Source: a virus
Lineage: Duplodnaviria; Caudoviricetes
Length of the DNA: 59,824 nucleotides
IMG/VR virus record: IMGVR_UViG_3300017700_000824
Span: 1 to 59,824 of that record
Reading direction: 5' to 3' (one strand)
Shown here: positions 55,395-59,824 of the stretch, one piece after another
Numbering within the stretch: the first letter of the stretch is position 1
Layout of the letters: each line of letters begins with the position of its first letter
Translations under genes and position numbers: made by a program
Notes under the pieces: generated by a model
What the model was told of the DNA's origin: nothing
The model's input: the letters and a program-made list of their open reading frames with translations, nothing else
Database searches by the model: none

Positions 55395-58250
55395 ATGGCA
55401 ACAAAAGTATTCGTTAGTCCTGGTGTTTATACATCTGAAAAAGATATAACATTTGTTACCCGTCAAGTTGGTGTTACAACACTTGGACTAGTAGGGGAAA
55501 CAACAATAGGCCCAGCCTTTCAACCAATTTTTATAAGCAATTATGGTGAATTCCAATCTTTCTTCGGTGGCTTAAACGCAACCAAGGTTAAAGATACTGG
55601 TGCACCTCAATATGAGTTACCTTATATCGCTAAATCGTATCTATCTCAATCAAACCAATTATTCGTAACAAGAGTATTAGGTTTTTCTGGTTATGATGCT
55701 GGTATGGCTTGGGGTCTTACTATTGATGCTGCAATTGACCCTTCAACTGTTGGTACAACAGCTGGTGGTTCAGCTAAGAACCCATTGATAAGCTATTCAG
55801 CTACTTCTGGTGGTGTTATTACAACGCTTGTATCTAGCGACCCAATAGTTCAATCATTTATTAATAATGGAACACTAACTTCATCACTTGCATTCTTAGG
55901 AACATCATCTACTGGTTCTAGTGTTTCAATTGTTGTTCCAGAAACTTCTTATCTTAAATCTGGAACTTCATTTACAGGTGTATCATTTAACTTATATGTA
56001 AACGCCAATAACTATGCAACACATGGTAGTGGTATTATCACAGGAACAACTACAGGAACAACTATCTACTATTCTGGTACTAGCTATTCTGAAGTTGAAA
56101 ATAAATTGGTGGCTTTATTACGTTCTAGAGCAACTATAGATGCTGCTACTCAATTACCTAGTTTTGAAGTTACAGGTGCTACTGGTGTTATATTTGACCC
56201 AGCATTTACAGGTGCTACTACAAATGCTTTAGGTGTGTTCTCATTAAGTGGAAATTCTAACTTACAAGGTGCATTCGATTACAACGTTTCTTTAGATAAA
56301 ACACAAAGAAATTATTTACCTAAAGTTTTAGGTAGAGGAGCACAAGATGGTAAAACTGCGTTATACGTTGAAGAATTATACGATAATATGTTTTCATCAT
56401 ACAATGCTGATGATAAAATCAGAGGTATCAAACAAAGTGTTATTCCTTACGCAACTGATTTTTCAGATTATTTAAACGAATATCAACCTGCTGTAACACC
56501 TTATATTGTTTCTGAATTACGTGGTAACAAAGTGTTAAGATTATTCAGATTGTGGACAATTTCAGACGGTAACGCTGCAAACGAACAATTTAAGATTTCA
56601 ATTCTTAATGTTAAACCTGATACAAGAGAATTTGATTTACAAATTAGAGGTTTTTATGATACTGATGCACAACCAGTAGTTTTAGAAAGCTATACACGTT
56701 GTACTATGGACCCTACATCTAACAATTATATTGGTAGAAAAATAGGTACACTTGATGGCGTTTATGTTTCTAACTCTTCATATGTATTAGTTGAAATGGA
56801 TGATACTTCAGATACTAGCGATGCTTTCCCAGCTGGGTTTATTGGTTATCCAATTCGTGATTACCAAACTAACAGCAATACTAGTGTTCAAGACCCTTCA
56901 ATCTTATATAAAACTACTTACGGTGCTTTTGAAAACAAACGTAAATTCTATTTAGGTCTTTCTAATACTGTTGGAATTGATGCTGACTTCTTTGATTATA
57001 AAGGTGTACCAACAACAACAACACCTAATGAATGGACTGGATTAACAGCTGGTTTCCATATGGATATTGACGCTACTGGAGTTACCATTGATAACGTAAC
57101 AGTTGTTATAAACGCTAGTGGAGCAACTTATAGTCCAATCTTTACTTTTGAAACTGGTGATGCTGAATTCAGAACAGAAACTGGTTTACTTAACGGACCA
57201 TACGAAAAAGTTTATTCTCGTAAATTTACATTCACACCATATGGTGGTTTTGATGGGTGGGATATCTATAATACAAGAAGAAGTAATACTGATAGATTCC
57301 TTATCAACGGTACTTATGGACAAGCTGGTTTAACTAGTGGTGCATTTTCAAATAGAACCTTAACAAATGGTGATATGGGTATCAACTCAGATTACTACGC
57401 ATACTTAGAAGCTATTTGGACATTCAGAAACCCAGAAGCTGTTAACATTAATGTTTTCGCAACACCTGGAATTGATACGTTTGATAATACAAACTTGGTT
57501 GAAGCTTCAATCGAAATGATTGAAACTGAAAGAGCCGATTCATTATATATCGTAACAACTCCAGATATGGCAGATGGTAGTATCTTATCAGCTCAAGAAG
57601 TTGTTGAAGTATTAGATGGTCAATTTGACAGTAGTTACTCATGTACTTACTGGCCTTGGAATCAAATTAATGATGCTGAAAACAATGTATTAATATTTGT
57701 ACCACCTACAAGAGATGTTGTTCGTAACATAGCTTTGACTGATAATATTGCGTTCCCATGGTTTACAGTTGCTGGTATGCAACGTGGTGATGTAGATGCT
57801 ATTCAATCAAGAAAGAAACTTACATTATCTGAAAGAGATACGCTTTATGAAAATAGAATCAATCCGATAGCTACTTTCACTTCAGACGGTATCAAGATTT
57901 GGGGTAATAAAACACTACAGGTTAAAGAAACTGCTCTTAATAGAATCAACGTTAGAAGACTTTTATTACAAGCAAGAAAACTTATTTCTGCTGTTTCAGT
58001 AAGATTGTTATTCGAACAAAACGATACTATTGTAAGAAACCAATTCTTATCATTAGTTAATCCAATCTTGGATAACATTAGAAGTGAAAGAGGTTTAGTT
58101 GACTTCCGTGTAGTTCTTTCTAACGACCCAGAAGATATTGATAGAAACCAATTAACAGGTCAAATATTCTTAAAACCAACGAAAAGTCTTGAATTTATCA
58201 AAATAGAGTTTACAGTAATGAATACTGGAGCTTCATTTGATAACATTTAA
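55395..58250 (+). CDS. Contractile tail sheath protein
   Basis: FVSPGVYTSEKD N-terminus; RDTLYENRINPI, IWGNKTLQ, RINVRRLL, LFEQND and PTKSLEFI C-terminal motifs. Confidence 0.95.
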   Translation: MATKVFVSPGVYTSEKDITFVTRQVGVTTLGLVGETTIGPAFQPIFISNYGEFQSFFGGLNATKVKDTGAPQYELPYIAKSYLSQSNQLFVTRVLGFSGYDAGMAWGLTIDAAIDPSTVGTTAGGSAKNPLISYSATSGGVITTLVSSDPIVQSFINNGTLTSSLAFLGTSSTGSSVSIVVPETSYLKSGTSFTGVSFNLYVNANNYATHGSGIITGTTTGTTIYYSGTSYSEVENKLVALLRSRATIDAATQLPSFEVTGATGVIFDPAFTGATTNALGVFSLSGNSNLQGAFDYNVSLDKTQRNYLPKVLGRGAQDGKTALYVEELYDNMFSSYNADDKIRGIKQSVIPYATDFSDYLNEYQPAVTPYIVSELRGNKVLRLFRLWTISDGNAANEQFKISILNVKPDTREFDLQIRGFYDTDAQPVVLESYTRCTMDPTSNNYIGRKIGTLDGVYVSNSSYVLVEMDDTSDTSDAFPAGFIGYPIRDYQTNSNTSVQDPSILYKTTYGAFENKRKFYLGLSNTVGIDADFFDYKGVPTTTTPNEWTGLTAGFHMDIDATGVTIDNVTVVINASGATYSPIFTFETGDAEFRTETGLLNGPYEKVYSRKFTFTPYGGFDGWDIYNTRRSNTDRFLINGTYGQAGLTSGAFSNRTLTNGDMGINSDYYAYLEAIWTFRNPEAVNINVFATPGIDTFDNTNLVEASIEMIETERADSLYIVTTPDMADGSILSAQEVVEVLDGQFDSSYSCTYWPWNQINDAENNVLIFVPPTRDVVRNIALTDNIAFPWFTVAGMQRGDVDAIQSRKKLTLSERDTLYENRINPIATFTSDGIKIWGNKTLQVKETALNRINVRRLLLQARKLISAVSVRLLFEQNDTIVRNQFLSLVNPILDNIRSERGLVDFRVVLSNDPEDIDRNQLTGQIFLKPTKSLEFIKIEFTVMNTGASFDNI

Positions 58251-58266
58251 ACAACAATACACAATT

Positions 58267-58291
58267 AAAAAGCCCTATTAGGGCTTTTTTT
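58267..58291 (+). terminator. Intrinsic terminator after the sheath gene
   Basis: AAAAAGCCCT-ATT-AGGGCTTTTTTT. Confidence 0.8.
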
Positions 58292-58315
58292 GTTTAAGCA
58301 AAGTATTTATATTAT

Positions 58316-58669
58316 ATGACTAAATTAATAATAACTGAACAACAATACAAAGCTCTTTTGTTGAACGAACAACAAACTAGAATTAATGAAAATTCAAATG
58401 ATGTTATATTAGGTGTTGCTTATATTTTAGGTGTTAATCTTACTGGAAGGAATAAAGAAATAGGGATGAAAGCTGCTGAAAACGCTAATACTCTAGATAA
58501 GATTAAATCAACACTTGAGGATGAAAATAAAACTAAAGATTTACTAAAATCTTTGAGTGAAAAAGGTATGTCAAATCCAGAATCAATAATCGCTAAAAAT
58601 TTAGAATCATTGGTACACAAATATGGTTTTGGTCATAAAGTTTATAATAATTTACAATCTTTATTATAA
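58316..58669 (+). CDS. Hypothetical protein (possible head-internal protein)
   Basis: 117-aa ORF; N-terminus MTKLIITEQQYKALLLNE; TATTTATA at 58304-58311. Confidence 0.65.
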   Translation: MTKLIITEQQYKALLLNEQQTRINENSNDVILGVAYILGVNLTGRNKEIGMKAAENANTLDKIKSTLEDENKTKDLLKSLSEKGMSNPESIIAKNLESLVHKYGFGHKVYNNLQSLL

Positions 58670-58739
58670 AATACGATAAAAAACAAAGTTTCAGATATTT
58701 ATTATCAAATAAGAAAAAAATTAAACAAACAAATACAAC

Positions 58740-59228
58740 ATGGCCGATTTATTAATGAAAATGCCTTTGCCTTACGAACCTAAAAGGAAAAATCGTTGGC
58801 TTATTACTTTCCCTGCTGACCTTGGTATACAACAATGGTGGTTATCATCAGCATCTAGACCTTCAATAACTCAAAACGAAGTGGAAATTCCTTTCCTTAA
58901 TACATCTACTTGGGTGATTGGTCGTTTTACTTGGGAAGCAATTGATGTTACGTTCCGTGACCCAATTGGTCCTTCAGCATCACAAGCTATCATGGAATGG
59001 GTTCGTCTTCATTCTGAAACAATAACAGGTCGTCAAGGTTACGCTGCTGGTTACAAACGTCCAGTAGAATTAGAAATGCTTGACCCGACAGGTGTTGTTG
59101 TTGAAAAATGGTTATTAGATGGAACTATGGCAACAAATGTTGGTTTTGGTGATTTATCAATGGACGATGATGGTATTGCAGAGATTACTGTAACACTTAG
59201 ATTTGACCGTGCTATTTTATTATTCTAA
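58740..59228 (+). CDS. Tail tube protein (T4 gp19-like)
   Basis: YEPKRKNRW, RPSI, GRFTWEAIDVTFRDPI, AIMEW, YKR...LDPTGVVVEKW, LRFDRA; follows the sheath gene. Confidence 0.9.
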   Translation: MADLLMKMPLPYEPKRKNRWLITFPADLGIQQWWLSSASRPSITQNEVEIPFLNTSTWVIGRFTWEAIDVTFRDPIGPSASQAIMEWVRLHSETITGRQGYAAGYKRPVELEMLDPTGVVVEKWLLDGTMATNVGFGDLSMDDDGIAEITVTLRFDRAILLF

Positions 59229-59254
59229 GATTTTTATTTAACAATAATTTCAAT

Positions 59255-59283
59255 AAAATTCCCCTAATATTAGGGGAATTTTT
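59255..59283 (+). terminator. Intrinsic terminator after the tube gene
   Basis: Palindrome AAAATTCCCCTAATATTAGGGGAATTTT(T). Confidence 0.8.
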
Positions 59284-59349
59284 GTTTATAAGGTATTTTT
59301 AAGGTTTACAAAAAAAGTCAAGCTAGTATATTTATCATAAAATGTTATT

Positions 59350-59824
59350 ATGGCTTTACGAAAAACAACCAAACCTCCAGTAGTGAAAAAACCTACTAGT
59401 CTCTCTAAAAGTACCTCAAAAATGCTTACAGCAACAAAAAGACAGGCTAAAAAAATTGATATTAAATTACCAAAAGATATTGAGGATTACTACACTGTAG
59501 ATTATGAAACAGCTTCTACTGTAACTTACCCAATCATTAATAAATCTGAAAGTATAAAAGTATTGTCTGAAGTTGACCCTAAACTAGTTAATAGATTTAT
59601 TGTAACTTTCCCAGAACGCTTCAATATCGCACAATGGTCTGTTGCTTCTTTTTGTAAACCTGTAATCACTCCTGATAATAAAGGGTTTTTAAGTATTAAA
59701 TTGTATGATTTAACTACAGTTTCAATATCTAAAAAATTATTAAAATTAAAAGACGAATCATTATTTAAATTAAAGTTAGATATAGTAGACCCTATGGGTG
59801 TTATAGTTGAATCATGGAAATTTA
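59350..59824 (+). CDS. Tail-tube-like paralogue with a basic N-terminal extension, partial (runs off the window end)
   Basis: Hand translation MALRKTTKPPVVKK...DPKLVNRFIVTFPERFNIAQWSVASFCKPVIT...LDIVDPMGVIVESWKF aligns to the tube protein. Confidence 0.65.
   Translation, partial: MALRKTTKPPVVKKPTSLSKSTSKMLTATKRQAKKIDIKLPKDIEDYYTVDYETASTVTYPIINKSESIKVLSEVDPKLVNRFIVTFPERFNIAQWSVASFCKPVITPDNKGFLSIKLYDLTTVSISKKLLKLKDESLFKLKLDIVDPMGVIVESWKF

Noticed and set aside
475-58620. Other 60-130-aa ORFs overlapping longer genes on the opposite strand or in another frame
   Set aside because: They overlap well-supported genes almost entirely and have no recognisable motifs.
55395-59228. Bacterial contractile injection system (eCIS/T6SS/tailocin) rather than phage
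   Set aside because: Neck proteins, PolB, a sigma factor, PhoH, dUTPase and the absence of host housekeeping genes indicate a phage genome.
1-59824. Alternative genetic code (stop-codon reassignment)
   Set aside because: Standard code gives full-length, tightly packed ORFs, and TAG serves as a normal stop at 3843 and 4101.

Overview
This is a strongly AT-rich, densely coding 59.8-kb segment of a large contractile-tailed (T4-like/jumbo) phage genome. The host is most likely a Bacteroidota bacterium: three TTACTTG-N20-TAnnTTTG host-type promoters are present, the leaders are A-rich without Shine-Dalgarno sites, and the tail fibre carries a Bacteroidota-phage-type motif. The left half (minus strand) carries baseplate-spike and virion genes, a gp55-like sigma factor, PhoH, dUTPase, a WYL-like protein and a ~21-kb glycosylation region. 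That region has about 12 glycosyltransferase-like genes plus a nucleotidyltransferase / PRK-like kinase / class II aldolase / HAD / GDPD-like / TylF methyltransferase cassette. The right half carries a 4328-aa modular repeat fibre with a C-terminal S74 chaperone, a second SHAEG-repeat fibre, family B DNA polymerase, an SNF2 helicase, glutaredoxin, and neck, tail-completion, sheath and tube genes. The strongest candidate for an undescribed system is a DIP1984/DUF6847-like coiled-coil gene (22625-23149). It is followed directly by a ~245-nt end-paired, multi-hairpin putative RNA with T-loop-like hairpins and an A-rich repeated loop, closed by a terminator. Also notable is a recurrent putative late promoter, TATTTAT(A), which is the reverse complement of the T4 late promoter. 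All family calls are from motif recognition by eye; no database searches were run.
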